NCBI GenBank assembly: GCA_965219445.1
Contig: CBDCNQ010000003.1
Location: 96,001 to 160,000 of the forward strand
From: Longimicrobiales bacterium
Lineage (GTDB): Bacteria; Gemmatimonadota; Gemmatimonadetes; Longimicrobiales; Gaopeijiaceae
Direction: 5' to 3'
Length of the DNA stretch: 64,000 bases
Under the pieces are notes generated by a model. That model was given only the letters and a program-made list of their open reading frames with translations, was not told the DNA's origin and searched no databases. Shown piece after piece: positions 8,989 to 19,205 of the stretch. A program made the translations under genes and the position numbers. The first letter of the stretch is position 1. Each line of letters starts with the position of its first letter.

Positions 8989-11691
8989 TTTGAGCGCGAA
9001 AAAATTGTCGCCGGAAGTCGCGAATGAACCGAACAGGTCACCCGGGCTAGCGCGGTCGCCGACCTCTTTGAGACCCGATCGATCCTGCTGCCAAACGACG
9101 AAGAGGGTGCTCCCAGGGCGCCACTCCCAGCGGATGACGGTGGTGCTGCGGAAAGAGCGCAGGTTGAAGTTCGGATTTGTGAGGACGAAGGTGTCGGCAC
9201 CGTCGTTGACCCGGTAATCCCCGTCCGGCAGACGCGCGATCGTCGTACCGTCCGTGCCGTACGTTCGGAGCATCCGGCTGCGTGGCTTAGGTAGCTCCCC
9301 AAGGTCGTAATAGCGCCCGCTGGCCGCGAACGGCTGGGCGTAAAGATCCAGGGTGAGATCCGGCTTGAGCGTGTAGCTCACCCGTGCCTCCATGGCGAGC
9401 GTCGTACGATCGATGAAGCCGAAGATGTACCGGCTGCCGAACGTGACAGGCGCCCCGCCCGCCCGCGTCGTCACATACTGTCTCGCATTCACCTCACGTT
9501 CGTATGAGGGTCTGAATGACAGCTGCCAGCGTGGACCCGGGACCATAGCGACGCTTCCTTCGACGCTCCCCGTCCACCCTCCCCAGTCGTCCCGTCCGTA
9601 CTGTAAAGCCCCACTCCACCGGGTCCGGTCCGTGGAGCTGTTTTCGAGGTCGATCGACGCCGACCATCCCTGCTCTGTTCCAACCGACGGACCTCCCCTC
9701 GTGAGGCGATGATCCTGAGCACGTGTGCTGAACTGTGCCGATACGCGTGTCGTCCAGAAGTTGGTCCACGTCAGTGCGGCACTGGAGTTCAATCTCGTGT
9801 TTTGGCGCTCGCCACCATAATTCCATTCGAAGCTCGGACCGACCCTGAAACGATAGCTTCTGAGCAGTGCTCCAGGTTGGGTCTCACGATACGTCAGTCC
9901 CCCCGAGGCCGTGATCCCATCGCCCGCGCCCAGACGCCCCATGTCGTTTAAAGCGAGTTCGGGCGTTTCGGAGTCGGAGGAGATATCCCAAAGCCAGTGC
10001 GTGCCGCTGATCTTTCGGGCCAGCAGCGTGGTCTTGGCTCCGAACATGCTCCGTCGGCTCGGGTCCACTTCCACATGAGTGGCGTCGGGCCGTTGAAGAT
10101 AACGCTCTCTCCCGCGCTGAGCGCTCAGGATGGCTTCTTTGCTTCCATCGATGCGGGTGACACCTCCGCTGATGGAAACTTCGTACGCACCTCCGCCGAG
10201 CCGCAACAGGGCCTCGCCCCCCACCATAAACGCATGGCGGCGCAGAAGTCCTGTCAAAGGATCACCGCGTTCGAGGTCGCGTTGAACGCCCGTCGCCATG
10301 AGGCTCGCTGTCGATCCAGCGGCCCCGAACTCCTGTTGGATCCGTACAAGGCCGTACAGGGTTCGAGGTGTGACACGTACTTCATCGAACGTTCCGGATG
10401 CGAGGTCGAAGGTTTGCGCGTACTCCGCCCCTGTGACTGCTCCCAAAACGCCCAACGACGTACCGGAGGGGAGTCGGCCGGTCAGCTTGGCAGCTCCCAG
10501 GATGGTCGTAACGCCTGGGACCTTGGCGAAGTCGCCCGCCGCCGTCCCTTGCGGAGGTGCTCCGATCCGCCGCGAATGGAAATAATTGGTCGTTGGACCG
10601 TTGATCAGACCGCTTCCTTCGATGAAGAACGGACGTCGCTCGGGAAAGATAGTCTCGCGGTCGGTCAGGTTGACGACGGCTGGATCCACCTCGACCTGTC
10701 CGAAGTCCGGTGTCACCGTGGCATCCAGCGTCAGATTGGGCCCGACTCCCATCTTGAAGTCTGCCCCGATGCGCCCCTCCAGGTTGAGCTCGTCGACAAA
10801 TGGATTCGCAGGGTCAGTATTGCCCCGGAGCGTTGAGCCGCCGGCGACGTAGGGCAGCACCTCGAGTCGGCCGCTCTGGTCGATCGCCTGGATTCCCCGA
10901 AGTTCGCCAAAGCGTGAAGCCCAAAAGTCCTCCGTTCGAGGCACGACCACCCAGTAGTCGTCCTCGTTCTGAGACGGAATCCAGCGGTGGATGTTCAAGC
11001 CCCAGGTCTGCTCGCGCCCCTCATTGAATCGCAGTTGTGTAAATGGAATCCACATCTCGGCGGTCCATCCCTGCGAATCGATCGTCACCGACGCCTCCCA
11101 AACCGGATCGAATCGCTGATCGATGGTCGCTTCAGTGTCGGAGAGGTGATAGTGGTCGAGCCGTACCCCCGAGGCCGTCACGCCAAACGTGTACGCCGTG
11201 CGACGGTCGAGGTACGTATCCAGCGAGATGAGGATGTACTCGGCGAGCTGCGCATCGCTTTGCCGACTCGTAACGAATGGCCCGCCGCGACGATCATTGC
11301 CGCCACCTTGAGCACCGGATCGTCGTTGCGCAGTATAGGGGCTATCTCGCCGGCCGAGTGGCGCCCGGATGCCTGAGGGGCCCGCGCCGCTGTACATGCG
11401 GGCACCGACATAGAGCGCGTCGTCGTCGTAGACGAACCGGACTTCGGTGCGATCGGTTGGAGGCGCTCCTTCAATCGGTTCCTTTTGGACGAAGTCGCCA
11501 ACCGGGGTAGCCAAGGCCCACACACCTTCATCGAGACGTCCGTCGACCCGAATCGAATCCGAGGGCACGCGGGTGGCCGTCGCTTGCTTGCGGTCGTCCA
11601 CGGACGCCACTTGGGCGGCCGTGGACGAAGCCGTTACGAGCGAAGCGGACAGGATCAAGGCGAAACGACGCGCAGCAACTAACTCGTTCAA
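8965..11691 (-). CDS. DUF5916 / CBM9-like outer-membrane protein
   Basis: DGRLDE..W, GWTAEMWIPF..LRF, PDFGQVEVD, FPERRPFFIEG; C-terminal KVSYWLGF. Confidence 0.85.
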   Translation of the reverse strand: MNELVAARRFALILSASLVTASSTAAQVASVDDRKQATATRVPSDSIRVDGRLDEGVWALATPVGDFVQKEPIEGAPPTDRTEVRFVYDDDALYVGARMYSGAGPSGIRAPLGRRDSPYTAQRRSGAQGGGNDRRGGPFVTSRQSDAQLAEYILISLDTYLDRRTAYTFGVTASGVRLDHYHLSDTEATIDQRFDPVWEASVTIDSQGWTAEMWIPFTQLRFNEGREQTWGLNIHRWIPSQNEDDYWVVVPRTEDFWASRFGELRGIQAIDQSGRLEVLPYVAGGSTLRGNTDPANPFVDELNLEGRIGADFKMGVGPNLTLDATVTPDFGQVEVDPAVVNLTDRETIFPERRPFFIEGSGLINGPTTNYFHSRRIGAPPQGTAAGDFAKVPGVTTILGAAKLTGRLPSGTSLGVLGAVTGAEYAQTFDLASGTFDEVRVTPRTLYGLVRIQQEFGAAGSTASLMATGVQRDLERGDPLTGLLRRHAFMVGGEALLRLGGGAYEVSISGGVTRIDGSKEAILSAQRGRERYLQRPDATHVEVDPSRRSMFGAKTTLLARKISGTHWLWDISSDSETPELALNDMGRLGAGDGITASGGLTYRETQPGALLRSYRFRVGPSFEWNYGGERQNTRLNSSAALTWTNFWTTRVSAQFSTRAQDHRLTRGGPSVGTEQGWSASIDLENSSTDRTRWSGALQYGRDDWGGWTGSVEGSVAMVPGPRWQLSFRPSYEREVNARQYVTTRAGGAPVTFGSRYIFGFIDRTTLAMEARVSYTLKPDLTLDLYAQPFAASGRYYDLGELPKPRSRMLRTYGTDGTTIARLPDGDYRVNDGADTFVLTNPNFNLRSFRSTTVIRWEWRPGSTLFVVWQQDRSGLKEVGDRASPGDLFGSFATSGDNFFALKVSYWLGF

Positions 11692-11743
11692 GACAGCGAC
11701 TGCACTCGCCCCAGCCCGATTCGGTGGGCCTGTCGCGAAAGCA

Positions 11744-13240
11744 TCATCGATTCAGGCTATACAAACCCACATCCGCGTTACCGGTGCCACTGCATCCTGT
11801 CTCTTCCCCATAACGCAGGAACTTCTGGATCCGCTGGCCCGTGTCGACCTCTCCGGTATAGAGGTTCCCCTGCGAATCGATGCTGACGACATGGACCCAG
11901 TGGAATTCGCCGATCTGGCGGCCCGAGCGTCCGATACGGTCCAGTTCGTGCAGGTTTTCCCGGTTGAGGATGTAGATCGTGCCGTTAGCCAGGTCTTCCA
12001 CGTAGAGGCAGGTCTGCCCTGGATCGGTGGAGAAGTTCACCGCCCCCGAAGTGCCACTCGCCGTATGCGGCGCAATGTGGACCTCACCGACGAAGCCGCA
12101 CACGCCGGGCTCCGCGTTGGGGTTGCTGCACACTTCGCCGACTTGGTTCACGTCGAATATCTGCACACGGTTGTTGCCCCGATCGCAGGCATACAACAGT
12201 CCGTCGACGCTGAGTTTCGCACAGTGGAGCGGGCTCCGGAAAAACCGTGGCTTCATGTTGCCGGACTGATAGTCGGCACTCCACGGGCCGGCGTCGTAGG
12301 GGTCGATATCCGTGCCATCGGGATCATCCACTGGGTTCTGACCATACGCGCCGAAGTGACCCACGTATTGGCCCGTCTCTGCCTCGACGATCAAAATGCG
12401 TCGATTTCCATAGCCGTCCGCGATGTAAAGGAGATTCGTCTCCGGGTCGACCGTCATGTCCGCCACCAGATAAGGCTGCGGAGTCCCGTTGGGTCCGCCA
12501 CTGATGTTCTCGCTGTCCGGACCTTCCATTCCGGCATGGCCGATCTGATAAATAAACTCGCCGTCTGCCGTAAACTTCAAGACGTGTGAATCGTCCCCGA
12601 AGGTTGCCGCCCACGGAAAGTCGCCAAAGAAATTCTGCCCATTTCCAGAGATGTAGACGAAATCATTGTGGTCTACGAAGATGCCGTGCTCGCGGGCCGG
12701 CCAGGAACAGCCATCCTCCTCGCGGCAATTCTCTTCGAGAAAGCCTGGGTCGGCCGGGCCACCCCACGCGTCCAGCAGATTCCCCGCCGGGTCGAACTTG
12801 AGGACCGAAGGTGCCGGAACGCAGCAGCCGGCACGTTGGTCGGCAAAAGGCCTGGGATGTCCCAAACCGCTCACCGGGACGCCGTTTTCGTTCATACCAG
12901 CGATGCCCAAGCCGGCGGCGGCGCTTGCGTCGAGCGCTCGAGGCCGGTGGTACACCCAGATGTTGTCGTGCTGATCGACGAACAGACCACCGATTTGGCT
13001 CACTCGCCAGTTGTTCGGCAGGGGCTTTGGCCAGCCCGCATCCACGACGAAGCTCGGGGCAGATCCGCCCTCGGGAACACGGGGGGTCGTCCGTTGTGCC
13101 AGGCGCTCAAATGCGCCGCTCATATCGAGTGCGGCCACCGCGTCGACCGCGCCATCCATTCCACGTTCCGAGTCGGCGCACCCGGTTGAAAGAGCACAGC
13201 CCAGTAGGGTGGCCATGGCTGCGTATTTGAGGTGCTTCAT
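11744..13240 (-). CDS. NHL-repeat lipoprotein, PAL (peptidyl-alpha-hydroxyglycine lyase)-like
   Basis: Lipobox LSTGC; WPKPLPNNW, YHRP, EHGIFVD, ADGYGNRR, LHCA, CDRGNNRVQIF, HWVHVV. Confidence 0.8.
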   Translation of the reverse strand: MKHLKYAAMATLLGCALSTGCADSERGMDGAVDAVAALDMSGAFERLAQRTTPRVPEGGSAPSFVVDAGWPKPLPNNWRVSQIGGLFVDQHDNIWVYHRPRALDASAAAGLGIAGMNENGVPVSGLGHPRPFADQRAGCCVPAPSVLKFDPAGNLLDAWGGPADPGFLEENCREEDGCSWPAREHGIFVDHNDFVYISGNGQNFFGDFPWAATFGDDSHVLKFTADGEFIYQIGHAGMEGPDSENISGGPNGTPQPYLVADMTVDPETNLLYIADGYGNRRILIVEAETGQYVGHFGAYGQNPVDDPDGTDIDPYDAGPWSADYQSGNMKPRFFRSPLHCAKLSVDGLLYACDRGNNRVQIFDVNQVGEVCSNPNAEPGVCGFVGEVHIAPHTASGTSGAVNFSTDPGQTCLYVEDLANGTIYILNRENLHELDRIGRSGRQIGEFHWVHVVSIDSQGNLYTGEVDTGQRIQKFLRYGEETGCSGTGNADVGLYSLNR

Positions 13241-13481
13241 ATTTCCCCCGCTGTGTTCGATCGTCGTCTATTGGACTTCTTCGAAGAAGTCGTCTGCCGT
13301 CGCTAGCGCACGAAAACCTGTCATCATGGCCGGGTCGCCCTTCTCTCGCAACACTCCCCGGCCCTGCTGCGATGCGTTAGAAATCACCTCCCACAACCTG
13401 GACCGTGTGGTCAGTCCGGCTAAGTTTCTCAACGATTGACTTCCTCAACGATCCACACGTTCGAATGCGGGAGGGCCCGTA

Positions 13482-13961
13482 ATGAGTAGTGTGAATTTGA
13501 ATCATTCTTTGGTTACGGTCTCGCTCCCGCTGGTCTGGGCTCTCGCCCTGACGGCGTGTGGCTCGGTCCAGCAGCCGGAGACTATTGCCCCTTCTCCCGG
13601 CTCGTCACAGCCCGAGGTTGCCACGCCTGCCGGCACCTCGGTATTGGACGGTGTCTTCACGGAACGGCAAGCCACTCGGGGCGAGACGAGGTTCGGGCAA
13701 GTGTGTGCGGGCTGCCACAGAATCAACGAATTCGCTGGCGGCAGGTTTAGAGTCGTTTGGGTGGGCCGCACGGTAGGGGACCTCTTTCAGACGATTTCGA
13801 CACTGATGCCCGAAGACAACCCGGGTAGCTTGAGCCCCGAGGAATATGCCGCCATCGTCGGATACATATTGAGGGAGAACCGCTATCCGGCGGGCGATGC
13901 AGACCTGGCGGCCGACGCGTCTGCGCTACAAGACATACCCATCGAGGCACCCGGCGCGTAG
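13482..13961 (+). CDS. Monoheme cytochrome c lipoprotein
   Basis: Lipobox LTAC; DGVFTERQATRG, CAGCH, MPEDNPGSL. Confidence 0.85.
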   Translation: MSSVNLNHSLVTVSLPLVWALALTACGSVQQPETIAPSPGSSQPEVATPAGTSVLDGVFTERQATRGETRFGQVCAGCHRINEFAGGRFRVVWVGRTVGDLFQTISTLMPEDNPGSLSPEEYAAIVGYILRENRYPAGDADLAADASALQDIPIEAPGA

Positions 13962-14011
13962 CGTCCGCACGAGAAGTCCACCTCGCCTCCGCCGTCGATA
14001 CGTCCGACTCC

Positions 14012-14050
14012 CTAACGGGTGACGGTCACCTCAACGTAGCCGTCAACCCA
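14012..14050 (-). pseudogene. Second orphan 3' tail of a B-type partner gene
   Basis: WVDGYVEVTVTR* versus B1 WTNGYVEVTVSP*; short, so less certain. Confidence 0.55.
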
Positions 14051-14156
14051 CCCTCGAGTTGCCGGTCCCGGCACAGTAAGGCATGATGACGCACTCGCAC
14101 GAAGGCGACGACGGGCCGTGCGCGCGTAATGGCCCGAACCTGGGTAAGGAGAGATC

Positions 14157-14732
14157 ATGAAAACAGTAATGTTATTGGTCCCGGCGTTTGCCGGGACCTT
14201 CATCCTCGGTCGTTTGGTGGGGCAGGAGGTACAGACATTTTGCGACGAATGTGAGTCGACGTATGTCGGCGTCGAGGAAATCCGAGAGTACCTCGAGGTC
14301 GCGAGTGCCGATCAACAGGTTCGATCGGTGGACGTCGGGGAGGCACAGGTGCAGGTCGCCATTTCCCATCGGGGGAGATTGACGGAACCGGGAGGCGTCG
14401 CCGAGCACGACCTCGTCACCGAGGTCTACTATGTGATCAGCGGATCCGGGACGAACGTGACGGGTTCCGATCTGGTCAATGCAAGGCCGAGACCCCCTGA
14501 TAACCGTGCCGTGCAATTTCTTAACGGACCGGGCCACAACGCCACCGAGATCCGGAATGGCACGACCAACGAGCTAAAGGCGGGTGACATCCTTGTAATC
14601 CCTGCCGGTACCGGTCACCAGTTCACAAGGATCGATGATCACATCAGGTACGTGATGATCCGGGTCGATCCCCGCAAGGTGGTTCCGTTGATGGACGAGG
14701 CGGATTCGAGAGCATACCTGAGGAACCGTTAG
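14157..14732 (+). CDS. Secreted cupin-domain protein
   Basis: AEHDLVTEVYYVISGSG and LKAGDILVIPAGTGHQF cupin motifs; AAGGAG RBS. Confidence 0.85.
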   Translation: MKTVMLLVPAFAGTFILGRLVGQEVQTFCDECESTYVGVEEIREYLEVASADQQVRSVDVGEAQVQVAISHRGRLTEPGGVAEHDLVTEVYYVISGSGTNVTGSDLVNARPRPPDNRAVQFLNGPGHNATEIRNGTTNELKAGDILVIPAGTGHQFTRIDDHIRYVMIRVDPRKVVPLMDEADSRAYLRNR

Positions 14733-14777
14733 CTATCCCCTCGCCCTCGTGCTTGGGGTGCCCGTGGAACGGTGGGC

Positions 14778-15254
14778 CTATGGCCTGAACCGCTCGTACT
14801 TCGACACGCTCTGCCGGGAAAGGTCGTTGGCGTAAATGTTGCCCTCGAAATCCACGCCCACGAACTCGATGCCGGCGCCCCCCGCCGACGCGTAGTTGGG
14901 TATGAAGGCGGTCACCCACCCGCTTTTCGCGTCGCCGATTCGTATACCCTGCTCCCATCCAGGGTTGTCTCGCCATGCGGGGCGCTCCAACCCCGACAAG
15001 CCGTCGACCACATAGAGGACATCGTCACGATCGATGAAGAGGCCGCTCGGCTTTCCGAATTGCGTCCATATCGTGAGGAGATTGCCTCCCTGGTCGAAGA
15101 TCTGTATCCGACTGTTGCCTCGATCCGCGACGAAGAGCCGGCCCGCGGAGTCCATCGCAAGGCCATGCGGATCATCAAACCGGCCCGCTTCCTTGCTTTC
15201 TGAACCGACACCCCCACCCACCTGGAGAAGAAACTTGCCGTCGGGCGAGAACAT
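14778..15254 (-). pseudogene. 5'-truncated NHL-repeat protein
   Basis: Starts mid-blade (MFSPDGKFL); FDDPHGLAMD, ADRGNSRIQIF, QFGKPSGL; too short for a full propeller. Confidence 0.7.
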
Positions 15255-15340
15255 GAGCTGCTTCCACCCTTCGTGCAGATACCTGATCTACGAGAAATTC
15301 GCAACGGGTGGCGCCGCGACCAGCGGAGCAGCGGGCCCGC

Positions 15341-16933
15341 CTACTGTAGGCCGGTGCTCTCCAGGAAGCTACGTGCCTCTTGGAACCCGGCGAACGACTC
15401 GCGGCCTGCCCACACGTCGGTCAGCTTCTCGTAGGCCTCGGCAGCCATCTCATGGTTACCGGTCTTGGCGTATGCCCGAGCGAGACCGAGCAATGACCGC
15501 GGACGGTTCGGCATGCGAACGAGTGAAGTCTCGAATTTCTCGATCGCATCGGCGGGCCGGTCCAAGTCGAGCAGGATCTCACCGTAAAGCTCATGGACGG
15601 GTTTCACCGGTGAGGCGGCACCTCGCGGAGCTGGTCCCTCCTCGACAATCGCCTGCGCCTCGTCCATGAGGCGGGTTGCCACGCTTCCATGTCCCATATC
15701 GGCATGGAGCAACGCACCGACCTCCTTCGCCATGATGTTGGCGTTCCGGTCTCCATTCGGACCCCGCTCAGCCATCTCCTTGAGCGCGGCTTCGGCCTGC
15801 GCAACAGTCGCCTGGTCACCCGTACGCGCGGCGCTCATCCCCGTCGCAAGAAGCTCGTGCATCGACGATTCGCCCGTGATCGGGCGAACCTCCCACTCCT
15901 CCGTCTCGACGATGTAGCGAGCCTTCACCAGCGGGACCGTGTTGGACGCTCGGGCCTGGCCCGGTGCCCCTCTCGGGCCGCCCTCGAGGAAGCCTCCCTC
16001 GAAGGCCATGCTCTCGAGCCGATCGATCCACTTTCTCGCCTTGGCGTAATCCCCGAGCTGCAGGTCTCCGTACTGGCCCCAGTCCAGCGGGTGAACCGCA
16101 TCTCCCATGGGGTCGTCCGGCCTCCACAACTCTCTCGCGGCGGTGTAGGCGGACTCGTTGTTGCCCGAGACCCGGTCCCACATGCCGTGCTGAATGAAGA
16201 TGTGCGTCGGCATGTGCCTCGCGTGGGCAACCGCGGGAGCGATCTCGGAAAAGCGGTACGCGGCCTCCAGCGAGAGCGGAGCGAGCATGGGATTGTCGAA
16301 GGCGTGGATCGTATAATGAGCGGCACCCGGATGGTCCGGGTTGTGCTCGAACAGATTCAAGGAGATGGTGCCGGCCCTTACGTTGAGCCGCTGCGTCAGG
16401 TCGCGCGTCGCGGTGGAGGCGCTCAGCGTCGAGAGCGCGTAGAACGCCGCTACCTCGGTATCGTCGGGGTACCGCTCGTACAGCCGGCTCATCGCGTCCA
16501 TGTAGCCTACCGTGCGGTCTGCTCGGTCACCCTCTCCCCAGAGGATCTCCACGGCGCTCAGAAAGCCCTTCTCACGCGCGGTGGGCGCCTTGGCCAGTCG
16601 CTCGACTCGGGTGGGAGCCAACCGCTCGAGGGCTCTTCGCGGGTTCGCCGGGTCCATCTGCGAGTTCAGGGGGTGGTTGTACGCGAGGGACTCGCCCCAG
16701 TACGCCATCGCGAAGTCCGGGTGGCTCTCCTGAGCCGCATGGAACTCGTCGCGGGCCTGTATCCAACCGAAGCTGTGCAGAAAGGCTACCCCCCGGAGGA
16801 AGTGTTGCTGCGCTTCACCCGATACGGATGTAGGGAACTCGAATGAGCCCACGTTCTCGAACTGTGCTTGGGCGGGTCTCGCACCCGGCACGAGTAGACC
16901 TGCGATCAGCAGAAGGGCGGGTGCACGAGTCAT
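15341..16933 (-). CDS. Secreted TPR-like protein
   Basis: Signal peptide, GVAFLHSF, FAMAYWG, HPGAAHYTIH, HARHMPTHIF, PNRPRSLLGLARA. Confidence 0.8.
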   Translation of the reverse strand: MTRAPALLLIAGLLVPGARPAQAQFENVGSFEFPTSVSGEAQQHFLRGVAFLHSFGWIQARDEFHAAQESHPDFAMAYWGESLAYNHPLNSQMDPANPRRALERLAPTRVERLAKAPTAREKGFLSAVEILWGEGDRADRTVGYMDAMSRLYERYPDDTEVAAFYALSTLSASTATRDLTQRLNVRAGTISLNLFEHNPDHPGAAHYTIHAFDNPMLAPLSLEAAYRFSEIAPAVAHARHMPTHIFIQHGMWDRVSGNNESAYTAARELWRPDDPMGDAVHPLDWGQYGDLQLGDYAKARKWIDRLESMAFEGGFLEGGPRGAPGQARASNTVPLVKARYIVETEEWEVRPITGESSMHELLATGMSAARTGDQATVAQAEAALKEMAERGPNGDRNANIMAKEVGALLHADMGHGSVATRLMDEAQAIVEEGPAPRGAASPVKPVHELYGEILLDLDRPADAIEKFETSLVRMPNRPRSLLGLARAYAKTGNHEMAAEAYEKLTDVWAGRESFAGFQEARSFLESTGLQ

Positions 16934-16961
16934 CAGTCTCTCCTCAGAAAATGAGTTCTAG

Positions 16962-17966
16962 CTAGTTCTGGAGCTTTTGAAGCATCCGCTCGGAGGTGCG
17001 CTGGAACGAGGAATGCACGAAGGGGCTAGAGAGCTGTTCCTGGGCGGTTTCGAGCGCTCGGCTGAAGGACTCGATGGCGGCTACCGAGTCCCGCGGGGCA
17101 TCTCCGCCAAGGAAGTCTAGCCCGTAGTAAGCTTGCAGGCCGCCGAGCACGTCGAGCCCGGCGTCTGAAAAGAACTCGGGATCCAGATCGTACCCGGAGC
17201 CGAGGTTCGAGAACCACTCCCGAGCGTCGTCGTCGTCCTCCTCGACGCCCTCTCCGATTGCGTGGATCATCCCTAGTCGCAAGACAGCCCAGGAGCTGTC
17301 TCCACCATCCGCGGCCAGCCGATACAATTCGATGCTGTCGCCGTAGCGCGATCGATCGTCCGTGTCCGTGTATAGGTCGGCGAGTGCCTCCGCCGAAAGA
17401 TGGTGTCCCTGGGCCAGGCCCAACTCGAACCAGCGACGGGCCGCTTCGCGATCCAAGTCGATCCCCGCTAGCGGGAGGAAAATCCTCCCGGATAAGACCT
17501 GCCCCGCTCTCCATTGCGCTTCAGCTGCTCCGAGCTCCGCCGCCCGCATGACCAGCCGCATGGCTTCACTCGGGTCCGTGCTGAGCATCAGGGTGGATAG
17601 CGAGAGCATGGAGGGGATGTGATCCTGTTCCGCCGCACGCGCGTACCACTCCATGGCTATCTGGTAATCAACGGGGACATCATCAGCACCAACCACGTGC
17701 AGTCGACCATACTCGTACTGCGCGTCCGCGTCGCCCTGGTCCGCGGCAGCGGCCAACGCCTCGATACGTGCCGAGGAAGCCCCGGCTTGGGCAATCAGGG
17801 GGAGAGTCCACAGCCCGGAGGCGAGTAAGGATGCCGAGAGCGTGCAGCCCAGTATTAGGATTTTCAGAAGCCGGTCACTCCTGGGCCCGGAGTCGTTGCC
17901 TCTCCGCTCCGTCAGGGGTGCTTCCAGCGCGGCGGGCTTTCCAGGCGACCTGGTCACGCGTCCCAA
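16962..17966 (-). CDS. Sel1-repeat protein
   Basis: AADQGDADAQYEYG, WYARAAEQ, LGMIHAIGEGVEED; start uncertain. Confidence 0.8.
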   Translation of the reverse strand: MGRVTRSPGKPAALEAPLTERRGNDSGPRSDRLLKILILGCTLSASLLASGLWTLPLIAQAGASSARIEALAAAADQGDADAQYEYGRLHVVGADDVPVDYQIAMEWYARAAEQDHIPSMLSLSTLMLSTDPSEAMRLVMRAAELGAAEAQWRAGQVLSGRIFLPLAGIDLDREAARRWFELGLAQGHHLSAEALADLYTDTDDRSRYGDSIELYRLAADGGDSSWAVLRLGMIHAIGEGVEEDDDDAREWFSNLGSGYDLDPEFFSDAGLDVLGGLQAYYGLDFLGGDAPRDSVAAIESFSRALETAQEQLSSPFVHSSFQRTSERMLQKLQN

Positions 17967-19180
17967 ACGAAATTGCGAGTGAGATCGATGCTCCTTTGAT
18001 AGAGGCTCGCATCCACATTTCTGCCGTAGCAGATGATGGGCACCGTTGCTTCGTGCCTCGAGCCGTGTGAGCGGATATCCACTTCGTCGCGGATCACTCC
18101 CCCAAGGTCGCCAAAGACCACGTCTCGTTCGCCAAGGAGAAAGATGTCGCCGATGCGATCGGGGTGGAGGTGGAACTGGTTGGCCGCCTCGCGCTTATTG
18201 TAAATCTCTTCCACTCCTGAGACTCCCCTCAGAAGCGCGAACGCGTCTTCAAGGATGCCCTCGTGCTCTAGGTAGACGTAGCCGGCACCTCCGAGGTTTT
18301 GGTGGTGGACGACGTAGCGATCTCTGATGATCGGTACGACCTCAGCCTCGATGCCGTTCGAGGCCAGAAGGAGACCGATGTCGATGGCGGTCCGTTTAGG
18401 CGACATGCCATGATCCGCCGTCAGATAAACCTCTAGGTCTGAGTGGTCATTCAAGATCTGGCCTAGCAAATCATCCAGACTATTAAGGTGGGCCAGCGAA
18501 CGCTCGTCCGAGGGCGGGTAGGTGTGCATCATGTAGTCCGTTGTCACCAAGTAGACCAGTTGACACTCGCCCTCCTTTAGGAAATGGCGCGCGGCTCGAA
18601 AGGTCCAGAAATTGATGTCAGGAGAGTAGACATCTTGTTGGGGCCCGATCGGGTCCAGTAACTCCCGAGTCGGGCGCTCAGCAGCGACGGCCAGGTCGGC
18701 GCTTCGAGATAAGAACATCAACTTCTCCTTGGAAGTCACGAAGCCGGTCTTGATCCCCCGACTCTTGGCCTTGTCAAAGATCGTGGGGCGGAGCAAGAAC
18801 TCCTCGGACTCCATGAAAGTCCCAGCGCGCGAGGCTCGGTCATAGAAGTAGTTCCCAGTAATGCCATGGTCCTCCGGCAATGACTCCGTCAGGATGGACG
18901 TGTTATTCACGTTGGTCACCGAAGGGATGATACCCGCTCCTTCAACGTACAGGCCGGCTTCTATCATTCGCTTCAGATTCGGCATGTCACTCTGCTGCAG
19001 ATAGTCAGGGCCGAAGCCGTCGAGGCAGACGAACAGGACCTTGCGGTCCTCGGGCCAGGGGGCGGCCTGGTCTAGGTCCCATAGAGGAGAAAAGTCTCCC
19101 GCACCGGCCGTCAGAAGGCACCCGGCAGATCCCCTCAGAAACGCTCTCCGGTCGATTCGGTTCTGATTTTTCCGGCTCAT
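17954..19180 (-). CDS. phnA: Phosphonoacetate hydrolase-like alkaline phosphatase-superfamily protein with Tat signal
   Basis: VCLDG, PSVTNVNN, HGITGNYF, TTDYMMH, TADHGM, RSHG; N-terminal DRRAFL. Confidence 0.7.
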   Translation of the reverse strand: MSRKNQNRIDRRAFLRGSAGCLLTAGAGDFSPLWDLDQAAPWPEDRKVLFVCLDGFGPDYLQQSDMPNLKRMIEAGLYVEGAGIIPSVTNVNNTSILTESLPEDHGITGNYFYDRASRAGTFMESEEFLLRPTIFDKAKSRGIKTGFVTSKEKLMFLSRSADLAVAAERPTRELLDPIGPQQDVYSPDINFWTFRAARHFLKEGECQLVYLVTTDYMMHTYPPSDERSLAHLNSLDDLLGQILNDHSDLEVYLTADHGMSPKRTAIDIGLLLASNGIEAEVVPIIRDRYVVHHQNLGGAGYVYLEHEGILEDAFALLRGVSGVEEIYNKREAANQFHLHPDRIGDIFLLGERDVVFGDLGGVIRDEVDIRSHGSRHEATVPIICYGRNVDASLYQRSIDLTRNFVWDA

Positions 19181-19205
19181 GGTGTTACACCTCGTGTTTG
19201 GGGTC

